This document shows, in pieces, positions 1-14,700 of a stretch of 64,000 nucleotides of DNA. Source of the DNA: Lingula anatina (lineage: Eukaryota; Animalia; Brachiopoda); assembly GCA_051362555.1 (NCBI GenBank), contig CM120640.1, positions 18,786,001-18,850,000 on the forward strand, given 5' to 3'. The stretch's first letter is position 1. Every line of letters begins with the position of its first letter. The notes under the pieces were generated by a model. It was not told where the DNA came from. It saw nothing but the letters and a program-made list of their open reading frames with translations, and made no database searches. Made by a program: the position numbers and the translations under genes.

Positions 1-667
1 GTCTAATATCACATCAACAAAGCGGTATTTAAAGGCATCAAACCAAATGTTTCGGGAATCCGGGGGTCAAAGCGAGTCAAAATAAACGTGGATACAAATT
101 AGTTTCATCTCCTTGGAGACCTGTTTCGTTTTAGCGACTTTCTTTTTAACGACTAGAAACTGAAAACAATTCATTGTCTAATACCGATTGAGCTCTGAAC
201 TTCTACCCTGGAGACAGAGACTGATGGAAAGTTATATATTTTTACAGGTGAATTTGATCAAAAAGATTGCAAAGCCGCAAAGTCAGGTGGAATCCTATGG
301 GTATTGTGCCTTCACAGGCAAGCTGTTCACTTCCAATTAGTGTACATGGCACGCATAGTGTAGCAGAACAAAAACATTAATGAGATACAACAGTTTCAAG
401 GGGATATACCAGCTCTCAATCTTATCAAATTATCAAAATTAACCAACATTTTATGCCAGGAAAGCAATCACTGCATGTGGCACGGGATTTTATGATTATT
501 ATTTAGCAAGAATTGTCTGATTTTTTTCATTGCACAGAATCTGCGGTTATTAGTATAAGAAAGAATGGAACGTTGACAAATAATGATTGTAATGCTTTAT
601 AGTGTGGATAATTAGGTTAAAACAAATTGAGGTACCACTTATTTCAGCGAAGAAAATATGTTCTTAC

Positions 668-3600
668 CCTCATGTGCTTGTTCAGACTGGAGGACTGACT
701 AAAGCTCTTGCCGCATACGGTACACTTGTGTGGACGATGCTTTTCATGTACGTGTAAAATGTGAATGCGTAGACGATCCCGTTTTTCAAATGACCTACAA
801 AATTATGTGACAACAATATTGTAACATTGAAATTCTAATAACGTAATTTTTTCAGATTCATTTTCCATCGTTCATTAATAAACAACTATTCTAGAATCAC
901 GCCTTGACATTACGCCAATATAAACAAAATTTATTTGGATTATATGTGTTGCTAATAGTAAAAATGGTTCTTTAAAATGTCCGTCTAGCCACTTAACCAG
1001 AGTCCAGTCTGAATGCTACTTAACAGCAACAGCAGATCCTAATGAAATAAAGACCATCTTCAAAGAATTATTTTCAGATCTTAAATGCGTTACAGTTCAG
1101 ACCCAGTTCCCTGGGGCCAGTTTTCCCAGCCTGGCCATTAGTACCATTCCGGGACCTTAACGGCCTCGGGGCGTTGACGTCGACGGGAATAAGTATTGCC
1201 AACGTTAGACATATACAAAACCGAAGGTGAAAAGTACCATTCAAATTAGTTCTAATTTCATTTGGACTGCAAAAATATCGGCCTTTCACGGTCATGGCTA
1301 ATGTAGATAAAAACCAATAGATAATCGACGTGATTTTAGTCCGATAATCTATCTGGGTTGTTCCAATGATAATATTGCCAAAAATAACATAATTTTGCGT
1401 CAGAAATGTAAAATCATAAGCACCATAGAACCCATTCCAATAGCTGCCTAAGTGCAGAATTTAGTTATGTTCCTGTGGAGAATAATACATCAAGCAGTCT
1501 TGAAAAAAGAAGAAGAAAAAAACGGTTCCTTCAAAAATATTTCCACATAAAACTTGGCATTTAACTTGATTTGTGCTCTGTTGCAAAGTAACATTCTATT
1601 GACTAACATTACGGCTATCAAGTCCCTGATGCATTTGAAATGCATAATGAATTAGTTCAGTCTGTTTCATATATTGATATAAGTATACTTTACCTGTTGC
1701 ATAGATTACAAGGGAACTTTCTGTCTCCCATATCAACACATCGTGTATATTTGAGATGCTTGTCCCTGTAATACTTGTAAGCAAACACTTTTCCGCATCG
1801 TTCACAAGTGTAACCCTCGCAATCTTAAACAGAAAGAAAAATATTTTACCATTAAAGCGTAGTCTCCCGATAAAATTATGATTTCTGCGATAAGAATTAA
1901 ATAAAGAAAAAAGAAAAAGAAAAAAACAAATTGAAATATCTAGCAACAATGAAAAAAATTGACAGCAAGTTGAATAAGCTTTTATACATTGCACTACATT
2001 CTTTCGATGGCACAAAAATCCTTCATAAAAAGTTATATTTTCTCTTAAAAATAGCCAAAAGACATACTTTCTAATTCTTCGCTGTGAGTCCCGTCGGCCA
2101 TTTCTTTCAGAGCGACTGGTATCCCCATGAACTGCAAATAGCAGTCCCCGTACCAGACAAGCAGCTCAGTGCCTTGTGGGATGTCCTTACAAGCCTCATA
2201 AAATATCTCCTTATCATTTTGAATGGCAATAAGGTTCTGTTCTTGTGCATAGCGGGCACAATTCACATACGCCATCCAATTCCCCGCGCTGCCTCGACCA
2301 TCTACGAAGTAGTTCAGTTTTCCTTCTTGAAAAATCTGGGAAAACATGAGACAAATTGAAAATGGAAATTACTCATTTTGAACAGCTGATCAAAAATAAT
2401 ATTACAAGCATGTTTTTTAAATTTTTTTTTACATATGAATGCACGATACTGTCATCTATAACTTTTTTGAATAACATGTGTTTGGGGCAAAATGCGTTTA
2501 TTCTGTGAACAACTAGAATTCAGCTGACGAAATTTTGCGTTCGCCGGGTGTCAACACGTCATGGCAGTGATTCCGACCGACGTTAAGGCATAGGTAATTT
2601 ACTTCATTTTCGTCCCTTGACGTTGTCCCGAGCTGTAGGATAATTATCTTAAAAGAGAATGTACCTCCCACATAAAGCTGTTATCGTCATGAGACTTAAT
2701 TTCACTGGTGTTGACGATTTTTCCTTGAAATGGCCCATAGCGGGTTCCCTTGGCAATGACTGTCTTTTGGCAGAACACGCCATAGTGCACCGTTCCCGCG
2801 AAACTGGTTTGAAATATGGCAATGCCTGTAAATGAAAATACATTTATAAAATTATTCACAGTGTTTCTATAATTTTCTTGTGATAATCTTTATGATCTAC
2901 ACTTTCATTAAATGAATGAGTCGATACCAAAAAAAAGTTATCTTTAATAATTTACTTTTCATGAATTGGTATAAACCCTTATATTGCATAAATAATATTC
3001 TGTCTAGATTTTTTGACGTAAATTTATTGTTTCTTCTGTAAGGTGAAGGTGGCAATTATGATTCTTGCAAAACGTTGAACACGCCAGCTGTACCCCTGTA
3101 TATTGTTTACACAATACATCGAATTTATAGTAATGATCAATCATTTAATTTGCAGAAATTTATAACATGACTATAGGCAGTAAAGTAAAACAAATGCAAT
3201 ACCAGCGCGGCTGACAATTTTCGAGGCAATCTTATTATAAATTAATCTTATAATCTCGCCTTGTTAAGACCTGTCAGAGCCTGTCAAGTGACAACCTCTC
3301 AACCGCGACGAAAACCGAGTGAGCAGCGTAATGTCATCTATTTCCTTAATGACATTTACTTTTTCGCGTTATAATAAGATAGACACGCGCTATTTTTGTC
3401 AAGTTACAGTGGTTTGGAAAGGGACTCTTCTGTCGTCATCGATACCTTGAGCAAAATCAAAACAAGTACTATTCTGGTAAATTTCTTTTGTATTGCAGTG
3501 TGTATATATTTAAAAAAAGTATTCTTCCACTCTTTCAATCGAAATGGATATTTGTCTGCTATAACTATTATCATTAGGACGGATACATAAAAGGAAGTTG

Positions 3601-6600
3601 CGGTATACATGCATATGTGAAAATTTGATGTAAGCTTCTAAATAGTATAAGAATATGTATACAGCCACTGAATTAGCTAAAAGCATTATACAGATGTTGT
3701 ATGAAAAGACATTAAAGACGACAAAAAGTTGATTTCACTTTGAATTAAAGGAATTACAATTTTTCCATTTTTCTTATAGCTGTCTGTTTAATGATGATGG
3801 ACCTCTTTTTCAGCGACTAAACACTAAAGCGTTAAAAAAAACCCGTCAATATTATTCATTCGCTTTTATAATTTTTTACATTTAATTGCTTCATGTCTTA
3901 AGTTTGCTGTCAGTACCTCTCCTTTATGCAAGGCGAATTATTGTCATGTAAAAACAGAGGGCCGTACATCCTTATTAACGTATTCGAAAACCATCTGTAA
4001 TTCCCATTAAACTTTTTTCATGCTGTCATAGTTTGCGATAACTTCACATTTTATTAAGAAACAAGCAGGGGCAAACAGTGTACAAATGTACATGTTTCTA
4101 AAATAGAATGTGCTGAAAAACGATTCTTTTAAAACCACCATTGCTTTGCTGTTACCTAAACACCTATATTGTCAAGTAAGTTGTATACCACTAGCAGACT
4201 TTTAACAAGTTCCTCCGTAAAATTCGTTGAACCATGCAACGAGTTGTTCAATTAGTCTTTAATTTCAGAATTAGTCCACGGGAGCGACCCACGGGGTTAG
4301 GGGTACGTCTTATTTTAGCTTTGTAGGAAGTCATGCGTACCGTCAGGTAGATCAAGCGTGCTCGGATCTATGGGGCTGCTTATCGACGGCGATTTCAGCG
4401 CCGTGGTACCATATCCTTGTCCACTCTGCGACGTCTGACCAGCGGACAAAATGCGGTCAATACCTGAAATAAAACAGAATAGAAAATGATTCTGGTTAAA
4501 AGAGGCGAGAAAAAAATAATAGGAAGCATAAACAGAATTCCACCAATTGCCGCTAATTGGCGGAGAATAATTAATTATGAATACGGATGTCGATTTTAGA
4601 TCAAGAAGTCAGGACTGAAAAGAATGACTTTTTACTTTGCCACTGTATTAGTGGACAAAAGTCTTCACAGTCATTTGAGAAAAAATGCTTAATTAGAAAG
4701 GACCGATACGTATTTCAATATTGGGATATTAATCCAGTCTCTAAAAGGAATGTTTAGATAATGCACTTTGTTCTCTTGTCTTCATTCTGTTTATTAATTT
4801 ACATGAAATGAAATTTGACGATACTCTATCGTGTACTCCCAAATACTAGTATATAACACGCTCTTTCTTTTGCCGATTTTTAAAAATAATTATTTTCATT
4901 TATTTTATTTTATTTTTTGCACATTCAATGCACATGTATCAAGCCCGAAACACAGCCGCAGAGAAATGCATTCATTAAGTAGGTTTTTCGTGGGAAAAAC
5001 GAACCAGGCCTCCGCCACAACATAATGATTTCCTATTTCATTTATAGCGGAGGTCCCACTTCGAGCCAGAACATCATGAAAGTCACAAAACAAAAATTAA
5101 TAAAGTTAAATTTCCAGACAAATCGAACTTCGTTTTGATGGCAATATCGAAACAATAACAAAGGATTAGCAATGCCGAAACATAGCTGCTTCATGCTACC
5201 AAGTCAGTGTGAAAAGGCCGTGACCGAAAACGATTTTGGATACACTTATAGCATAATAACAGGTATGCTGTCAATAGCGGTAGCTTAAAGTCTCTCTTTG
5301 TCAATACAGAAACGGTGTATTCTAATTCAATCAAACATACATAAATGATGTCGATTTTTCTCTGTGCTTGTATGGATTCACTTTGTTTGCATAGATTTAA
5401 ACCCACTATCAAATATTTATCAAAATAGAGTCCTTTGTGCCTGTTTCTTTCGGTTCCCGATAATTAATCGTCTAATTTATGCTTCTAATTAATTACGAAG
5501 TTCTTCTGGAGTCCAAGGAAAACAGCCTAGCCGTGCTTAAAACGCCACTATGCAGAGCACTGTTCGTGGATACCTAATTTGACGTAACGGGAAGGTTTTA
5601 ATCTGATTGCTATATGTTAAGGTATTCATTTCTAGATTGATCTCTACTGGTCATTATGGATAGCATAAATACTGGAACACAGGACGATAACACTGATTGT
5701 ATAACAGGGTGTGTAAACCCTGGGAGGGGTAATTTGGTACACTTGGAAGATACTGAAAATGACCAAGGGCTGACCAGTAGTTTTAGACGTCTTCAGCCGC
5801 CATGGATGTCAAAGAGTTTTAGTGCCGCAAGAGATTTGACAAAACAACGCGAGTTTGTTCAGCAAAACGGACATCTTCGACTCTGCATAATGAATTCGTG
5901 CATTAATGGTTGATTTTAGAACTATTTAAAATGCTTATTATTAATGGTTTTACAGAAAATACTTATGTAACTAATGAAAATAAAAATAAAAATGAGATAG
6001 TGGGTGATTAGGAATATATGTATTGTTTGGATTGAACACTGTATATTTTAATCAGAAGTAACAGTTTAGTTAATTGCCACATACGGAGGGAGAATCTTAA
6101 CGATGATATCCACAACATGCCTATAACCTCAGTTAAGGTGATAAAGCATTCTGATTGATGCGCATTGCTTCTTCGTTTGCGGGATGCCTTTACATTTTCC
6201 CTTTGTTTTCTATCTAAATATCTAATACCTGATGAAGTAGGGATTGAATTCTTAAGGACTTGGTAATATCGATTTAATTGACTTAATGCCTCACTGCAAG
6301 TTCTGTTACGGAGAAGACTTGATCGATTCACCTTTCTTCTTTTGTTACAACACTCCGATGTGTTCCTCCGCCAACGGTAAAGTAGACATTCAATAGCGGT
6401 TAATCGGACAATTAAAGAATAAAAAGGAAACAGTTACAATTCAATGAGCAGGTGTAAAATAATTCTTCTGTTTGCTCTAATGACATGGCTCTACAAATAA
6501 AAATATTATTTAACTCAACGGAAAATCGATGTTCGGTGCTGTTGAGGGGTGTTTATAGAGCGCATAGCGTATAGACCCAGAGAAAAGAACAGTAATTGAA

Positions 6601-9600
6601 AATTATTGGCATTGTATAGTTAGAAGCGATCTCATTGACTCGACTCCCTACGTTCTCGCATTTGCGTGCTTCTTATCCGCTCAGGTAGTATTTTTAGGGA
6701 TGGTTAACTTTTAATTAATTAGTCCGCTCATCTGGCCAGCTATAGGATCAATAAGTCGCAATCTTTAAGTTTCTGATTTAGCAGACGCTGCTGACAGGCG
6801 AGAAAGAAATCATGAAGATAGTCATCGTCTCTCAATTGGGAATGACCATACGAACAGCGTCCCCAGTGCTCATCTCAACGAGGGGAAAATGACCGCCATC
6901 ACTAATGTTCGTTATGAGGCCGATAACTGTACCTTTCTTAGGCATGCCGGGTTCGATTTTTTCTTCCCTTTTTTTCACACGTTTGATGAAGAGACACGAA
7001 CATACCCAATCATTTATGAAAATACATTTAGATATATTTACTATGACTTTTCCTCCCCACCAAAGTGACGTGTTTTTTCTTGTGGTTGACCCGACAATTA
7101 CGAACTTTCCGGTTTTTTCATCCGATGCATGGTATCGGGTCGTTGCACCAACAACAAAGAAATTGCTCTTTTAGTAAGGTCAACATTTCATTGACGGCAA
7201 AATCGCTGGAGACACAGAATGCTCAGCATAATGAACCGTTTTATTTCCTTTTGAATACCTGCAAAACACGACGATAATTAACTGTTACTGTACCATTATA
7301 TTGCCGTCCCCCTAACTCGCTCTGCTGGCCCAAAGGAACCTGTCGTATTCAAGCAAACCAGTGGAGTCACCGTATAGAATAACTTTAAGTACACTTTACA
7401 TTCTATACCGACGTAACTTCAAAGGGTTTGATTCGTACTATTCCAAAATTACAGATCCACGTATGTTATCTTAGGTAACAAAAGCCAGTCAATTGTTTGT
7501 TTTTGTTGGAGGACTTATTCTCTCAACAATAATTCCTGCTCTCTAGTGAGACTAAATAAGCTCTTCTCTAAGAATGGGATGTTTGTCCTTGTAAGCATTT
7601 AAATGGGCTTAATTGTACCGCCTTTCCTTAAAATCTGGAATTGAAAAATTGTCATCGTAATAGGTATTTTCTTATTTTGTCTGACAACCACTAAATACCC
7701 TCGGTGAATTTAACTTGCAACTATTTCAATAATTCTATGGAAAACTTCGAGTAACAAAACCGTCCGCACCAAGCTGAAATATCGCAGACAGTAACCAAAC
7801 CTAACACAGAACCTGTATCAGCTCGGTTAGAAACTAAATTGTGCATCATAGGCCACGAGGTTCTTGGGTGCGGTTGTTATTATTTGTTTTAAGGACAAAT
7901 AATTTATTGTGAGAATAAAGTAACTTTTCTTCGATCAGCAGCTAAAATTGAAATCGTTCATCTTCAATATTTCGATGTCTGTCTAGAATATCTTTATCAG
8001 GGAATGAGACTTTACAGGTGAATAATTTTTGTGTTTTTATGACGAATATTTGATATTCCAACTTCATCTACACAGGAGCCACCACTTAAATCTTAGTATT
8101 AAAATCATTCCACCTTCTTTGCTTTTGCATTGCATAGGTAGACATTTCCATTTTTTCCCCAAGTTTGATAAGGGCCTTTCTTCAATTTTAATTCATTCTA
8201 TAAATGATGCACTCCGTGTCTCTCATTTTAAAGTGCTATCCTACCGTGTTGCGGATATGAGATAATAGTTTATATAAATCCCCTCCGAGTTAGACAAGGG
8301 CTAAGGGAGATCCACAGGAAGTGAGAGGAAATGGGAAATATCCCAATTCCTTCTTCGTGTGCTATTCTGGAACTCCTCTTGAATCGCTCCGAGAAAAGGA
8401 GCGAAAAAAAAGGCAAAAGGTGATTTTTAAGAAGATCGCACTTGTACAAAAGACAGCTGATGCAGCTGACAAAGTGCCCCGTGAAGCGTGCACTCTCGAA
8501 GGAGAGGGATTCTCGGAGGAGCTGCCCTTACTAAGGTAAACCCATTTCCGCCCAGAGCGTAAAAAGATCCACTGAAATCTCGGGCTGATTGTCCATTCAC
8601 GGGGCATTTAGCTCAGCACTGTTTGACAATTTGTGATGCATGAAATGTCATTGATGTGAACCTGAATGTACCATGTTTTATCATCCTACTGTTCTAAGTA
8701 AGTTTAGATAGCATTAGAAAGTGATAAACGAGTCCTTACAAAGGCGAAAGAAATGTATCTAGTCCGTTGTGTAAATGTCGCTTTGACGCAACCACTTTCT
8801 TTATGTGTTTGCAATGAGATATAGCCACTCAATGCCAAAACAAAGATTCGCTTGTGAACGTGAATACAGTCAACTGGGTCTTCCTTTACACTGAAAGATG
8901 TTTTTCTTTTTTTAGCTCCTGGTTTCAGACTCCACAGGTCCCCGGAGAAACCCGCTCGCGTCTGCGGTCGGACACTTTTTGTGGCCGTCTCTTCTCGGCT
9001 CTTCAGCGTCTAAGGACGTAGGTGCGCGTAGCTCTAAATTTAAACGCGTATGAAAGCAGTTTCTGGCTAATTGCTTCTCAGGTGGGCTTTCTGAACAAGC
9101 TTCTGAGCGGCTAATTACAATATAGGCGGTCCTAAGGGAAGCATGAGTAAACTCTAGATACTTAATAGCGACAGAAGGGCTACTGTCATTCACTCGCCCA
9201 AGAGCTATGATGATTTTTTCCATTTCTTTTTACTGCAAAATGGAAATGATCTTTAAACAACCCTGTAAGCACACCATCAAATGAAAGACACTGGAAAGTA
9301 TCTATGAGAAAGTTTTTCCTTGAGAACTTTGAACAAGGCGCTTTTTGCGCATTGAAAAATAAAGAGAAGAAAGCTCCATCCATTCTCTAACCTTTGAGAT
9401 CTAACTAAGAACGCTACGCCTACTTATGTTAATTAAGCTAGTACCCTCTTGTGGCCAAACAGAACGTTCTCTGGTGGCCAAAATATCGTCGAAACAAAGA
9501 CACAAATTGCCGTCTCAGCAGAGAATTTCTTGGGTAATCTGCTGGCCCACATGTGCGGCGGTCCGTACTCTATGAATTGTTAAACGGTATCTGATCAGAA

Positions 9601-11471
9601 ACCAAGCCAACTTGGAAACTGTTCAAAATTCAGATGAACCAGATATTGCAGGTTTTCTGGAGAGTTGTTTGTTTGTATACAGTTTGTGCATGGAACGGAT
9701 TTACCATGTTGTTGCCCTTGAAAATGTTTTGTAAATACATCACGCCAAAATTTGATTTCCAGTAAATATGAAAATACTTTTTTTTTTTATCTTAGTATGA
9801 TTTAAATTAAATAGTTTGGTAGAATTTGTTTTTGTCTTCCTGTGATATTTTACTTGAATTATTCGCTTGAAATCAATAGATCGTGTACCAGTTCATATAT
9901 AAATTCGTCGATTTCTGGAGTGTCATAAAAACGTTGTCTTTACCTCACCAAAGCGATGCATTATCATATTTTATTTGTCCGTACTCTAAATGTTGAACGT
10001 CAATTAATACATGTATATTAATTAAATATCTTGTTTACAGAAACGACACGTACAGTTTCAAACTCAATCACTCAACAACATATTTCCACTGGCCTAATCG
10101 TTGTAACACACCGCATCTAAGAAAATCAAAATTGTAAACCAATTAAAAACTGACTGGTGCTACAAAAAACGAAGACAAATTCAGGAATCTATCACTTTCA
10201 ATCACACCACCAAGCAAACAGATAACGAAGCCGTTTTATAATAAAACAATATTAAGTTTTAAACAGAATCTATCTCAATATCGAATTTAATTCACTATAA
10301 AGACTCCTACCGTGACTTATATCTGATATCCGCAAGCCGGAGAGGGCGTGTCCGGGAAGGTGGTCGTTTATCTTGTTGCGAGCATAACCGTACAAAATCA
10401 TGTCCAAGTCTTCTTGGGAAAACATTGCCCCGCCAAACGGAGCTGGATTGGACAGCGGGAACCGTGGCTCGTGCAACCCCTGGGGTATGGCCGGTAGCGG
10501 GTAGGGGGCTGCGGGTGTCGTTGGGGGATGGCCGGCCATGGCGAGGCCCGGGGGAGAGGTGATTGGGGAACTCAGGCTCATAGCTGGTGGCGGCATGAGA
10601 GGGGTGGGGAAGCGGAACCGATCCAATCCTACCGGGCTGAAATGAAATAACAATTTAAAAGAATAGAAGAATATAAGTTTTATAGGTGTAAGTGATTTTA
10701 CGTCTTTAATTTTTTCTGCAAAAATTAAGAGTTGAATACACTGAACCATTTAAACAAATTTCTAGTCGGACAACTGCAAACATTAGTTTGATGCAGTGCA
10801 ATGTTTGTCTGTGTGTACATAATTCGTGGATATAATTATTTTGAAATATTCTTATTCTTATTTATATACTATATCTCCGTTTTCTTATCCATGCGTCATC
10901 TTAAATTTCGTTGTTCTGATATCAGATAAAATATTATAACGACTTTTAATGTAATATATATCCCAAAACGGAAGAAACTATATTTCACTTATAATAGATT
11001 AGATATCTAATACAAATTACAAAGCGCATAAAAGAAGCGTCATTCAATATACATTTCGTAACTTAATCTACAAAGAAACACGATTCTGAACAATTTGTAG
11101 GAAAGAAGTATTAGAAGCATTAGTAATGCAATATTTATCTTTTAATCAAAGAATTTCCATCTATGCTGCAAAGTTATAGACACTGTACATTAGACCAACA
11201 AACGGCATGGAAACAATCGCGCTTTCAAAAATGACTTCTCGCTAAAATTTTAAAAAAAAGTTAATTTTGGTTGTTATTCTCATCTGCGACCTTAACCATC
11301 ATCAGTTATTTTTCATTTCAAATTAATATCAACTTTTACAAGTAATGAGAAATACTGTAATTACGTGACAAGCAAAATGCTGATTACTTTAAACACGCCT
11401 TACCTTGAAAAGGCAGGAATTAAGCCCGGTGGAAAAGGAGATGGAAAGTGGAACGGCCGCGGATTGTCCAT
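668..11471 (-). CDS. PRDM14: PR/SET domain zinc finger protein 14; 3' end lies beyond the left edge of the window
   Basis: Phase-consistent GT-AG exons on the minus strand: 11471-11404, 10636-10311, 4463-4341, 2825-2665, 2335-2068, 1823-1694, 794-668. Translation gives the pre-SET motif [13 protein letters not shown]...GHALSGL; the PR/SET domain [24 protein letters not shown]...[11 protein letters not shown]...[17 protein letters not shown]...[10 protein letters not shown]; and the zinc fingers [80 protein letters not shown]. These closely match vertebrate PRDM14 as I recall it. Confidence 0.93.
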
Positions 11472-11720
11472 GATACCAATAGAGCGCACGTGCGGTCAAG
11501 CCCTCCAACAGCTCAGAACGTGCTTTGAGACGCGAGGACGCAGGTCAAACATCAAATAAGGGCACGTGCCGAAAGCATCCCATCAAATGCCTACCTGACA
11601 CTAAATTACCAATAATATACTCTAATTACAGTCCGAGCATCGAGTCTGCCTTTACTTCATTTGTTTTGCCGACAAAGTGCGCATGCCTCAGTCCGACTTC
11701 TGCCTCCTGATTCGTTCAGT
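11472..11720 (-). promoter_or_regulatory. Putative PRDM14 5'UTR / proximal promoter
   Basis: Directly upstream of the inferred ATG. GC-richer than the flanks, with two palindromic CACGTG E-boxes (~11486 and ~11563) and TAATTA homeodomain-type sites. Motif-level inference only. Confidence 0.35.
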
Positions 11721-14700
11721 GTTTGTTTACGTGTGCAATGTATTGGAATGGGCGATATAATGTAGCAAAATTCTCCACGAGGTGTGGCCAATGCGGTTTT
11801 TGGACTCGGGCTCAGACAGTTGGATTCAAACTGAACGACATCCAAGTAGATCATCATTGAAGTGCGTGAATAATGAAGATTAAGTCTTCGGTTGACGCTA
11901 ACGCTATGTACCTAAATTTTCTCTGACTAAAGCTGTTAATCAAAGAAAAAAAACGCCTTAAATTTTAATCCATAGATATCCAAGAATAAGTTTTGATCTC
12001 TGAACATGACATTTGGTGGAGAGACGGAATAAGATTTAAGAAAGGACAGGGAAATGCGAGAACCATGAGGGCCAATCGGTATCCCACGTTTGGAGATGTG
12101 CAATCGGCATAAGTCCACCAACTCATTGATCTTTTGTTGGCAATAAATTCCATAAACCATTCCTAACATACAGTAGATTATAAAGAAGAGAAATTATGTG
12201 GGTCGATTTCGGCGGCCTTAACAAAATATTTTCATAAATGTCCTGTTTGATCGGTATGCGAACAAAGCGAATTTACAGTGAGAAACAGTTTACTTGATAA
12301 ATATATCATCTTCATAGTACTCTTTGTGGGAGTGAAATAGCACATAGAATAAACATGGACAATCGGCGATGTAGAAGTGAATTACCTATTTGGATACAAC
12401 AGATAAAGAACAGGCACTGAAGACATTGTTTCGAAGAGAAAATGTCTTAACGTACGGTATTGTACATAGAACTTGGAGATCAGTAAAGTCGTGAGTAACT
12501 ACGATTCGCTGATACTAGGCCTCATGCACAGTGAAGCAAACCGCGCCTGAAGTATTTTGATTGTGAATTTAAGAAGACGTCTCAACTTTCCCGAAGTCTG
12601 TTTAATTTCTAGGCATTTACGCAAAATGTATGTTTTAAGGAATTTCTAATAAACCTCTTAAAGCAGACGAGATCTTCGTTAAAGTGGGCGTTATTCTTTA
12701 AAACGGAATCCATCTCAATCGTTCTAACGTTTCGCATGCAAACAAATTTTGATTTTTCACGTATGGAAAGTGAGATAAAAATAATTATTTGTATGAATAT
12801 TAATATAAATATTCCTATTATATTTTCGTGCAATTTCAAGTGCATTGGGTTTCCAGACAGAGGCATGCGTGAGTTCTAATATGACAACACCTGTTAAACG
12901 CGATAATAAACGTGTTGAATAACACAACATACATCTCTTCTATTGCAAATGCATTATATATGAGGCAAAGCAGACTAATTCAAAGCACCTGTCTAACCCC
13001 TTACGGCTCCTGGATTTCTAAAAAAGGACTCCCAATGTTGCCTTTTGTATATTTGTGACCGTTGTTGGAAGTAATGATCAGTTTTCAACGAATTTGGGAG
13101 GGATAGCAATAAGCTTTTTTTTTCTTGTTGATTGTGGTGCGATATTATAATTAGTATTCTCGGTAACAAGTTATGATTTTTTTGCATTCGTTTATCATCA
13201 GTGCGCAGAAGTTTTAAACTAATTCTGTAAAAACTGTCACCCAATAATTCACCCGACAAATCTTCATGGGTGTCTATATTACTTTCATCTAATTCTATTC
13301 TCAGTTTTAATCATAGATGGACCCAATCACACTTTTTTTCAGCGGAGAACAAAAATCATGAAACGAATAGATTACTTTGATGAGAACTTGGTCACGAAAA
13401 ACATAAGCAGCGGAAGATAGCAAGGATGATTCTGAATTTGCGTTTCTAAGTTTCCTCTCCTCGTGCGTAAATGACAGATGGGACCGGTGGTACCTACTTA
13501 CACAGCTCATCGATTCCGTGCCCTTGATGACCTCTGCACGCGACAGCGGCGACGAAAGACAGGGAAAATCTGGAGAGAGCGATGATGATAATTAAGCAGG
13601 TCAGCACGCGGGACATGCCGGTTGCGGGGGGTTAATTAGCAGCGCTCTGTGCCCTTAACGACTAAATCAGCGACCGGTGTAAGGAGGCCATGGCCCTGTA
13701 CCCAGTGTCTACGACCTTGACGCCCATCTTTCCTTGTCACTAGGAAGAGATTCTGGGTAACGGCCTGAGCAAGATGCCGCATAGTCAATAGTGGACCCCC
13801 CCCCCCCCCACGGCAATACCAGTGACATATCTGTTATACCTGTGTATTATCTAGACCTAACAATTGTCGTGCGAAACGTGTCTGGTTCAGCTTCAAAAAT
13901 CCGTATGGCACTTACTCATCAAAGGCACGTTGTCAATTACACTTTTTCTAGGAATAATTGTACTAAAATGATCGAGGGTTGTGTACTCCAACAAAGCCAC
14001 TTCGCCGAGTTTTCCCTAATATGCATTTGGTGTTTCAATATTTCGCACGACAAAAGATACTAAAACTATAAAATTTCACTCCTTCCCAGACCCCTCTTTA
14101 GACTTCAACTCCGCTGACTGGGGCAGTGAAAAATTTCAATGAAATATCAGATTTTTAATAGACAAACTTTAAACAAAGGTGATAGCCCACCAGTCTTCTG
14201 TAATAAATTGATGAATAAATAAGTCTATAACATCTTTTTTGATTATCCTGAATGCGCTGTATCATAAACCTGTTAGGACGGGTTTATTTATATGCATAAC
14301 GGTGAGAAACACGTTTTACCGGGGTCTGCCTTTACTCTGTTAAGATAACTGCGTAGGGACACTTAAAATCTCCTTTATTCTTGATCAATATTTTATTACT
14401 ATTTTAAAATAAATCTTCATGGATTGCATATAATCTAATATTTTTTAGCATTAGGAAGGCTGGTATATCTCTTTTTAATGAATCCTTAGAGCTGAATTTT
14501 TGAAAAGGAAATAAGTGCACGCTACATGCTACCTTGATGAATCTTAACCCGGTGAGATTTCGTACAATAAATAATACAAAATCATAAAATCTATTCAGTG
14601 TTAAAAGCCACTGGGCTGCTTTTGTATGTTTATCTGACTGATATAAATGAACATTCGTGCTCGGGAAGCGGGCGTGATTTCTTCATCTGATGAATGGAAG

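Noticed and set aside
1596-2015. 139-aa minus-strand ORF inside PRDM14
   Set aside because: Wrong frame; the real zinc-finger exon (1823-1694) lies within it in another frame.
1150-2640. Partial complementarity between GC-rich patches in two PRDM14 introns (~1165-1190 and ~2612-2632)
   Set aside because: Short and gapped, and it depends on G-U pairs that form on the non-transcribed strand.
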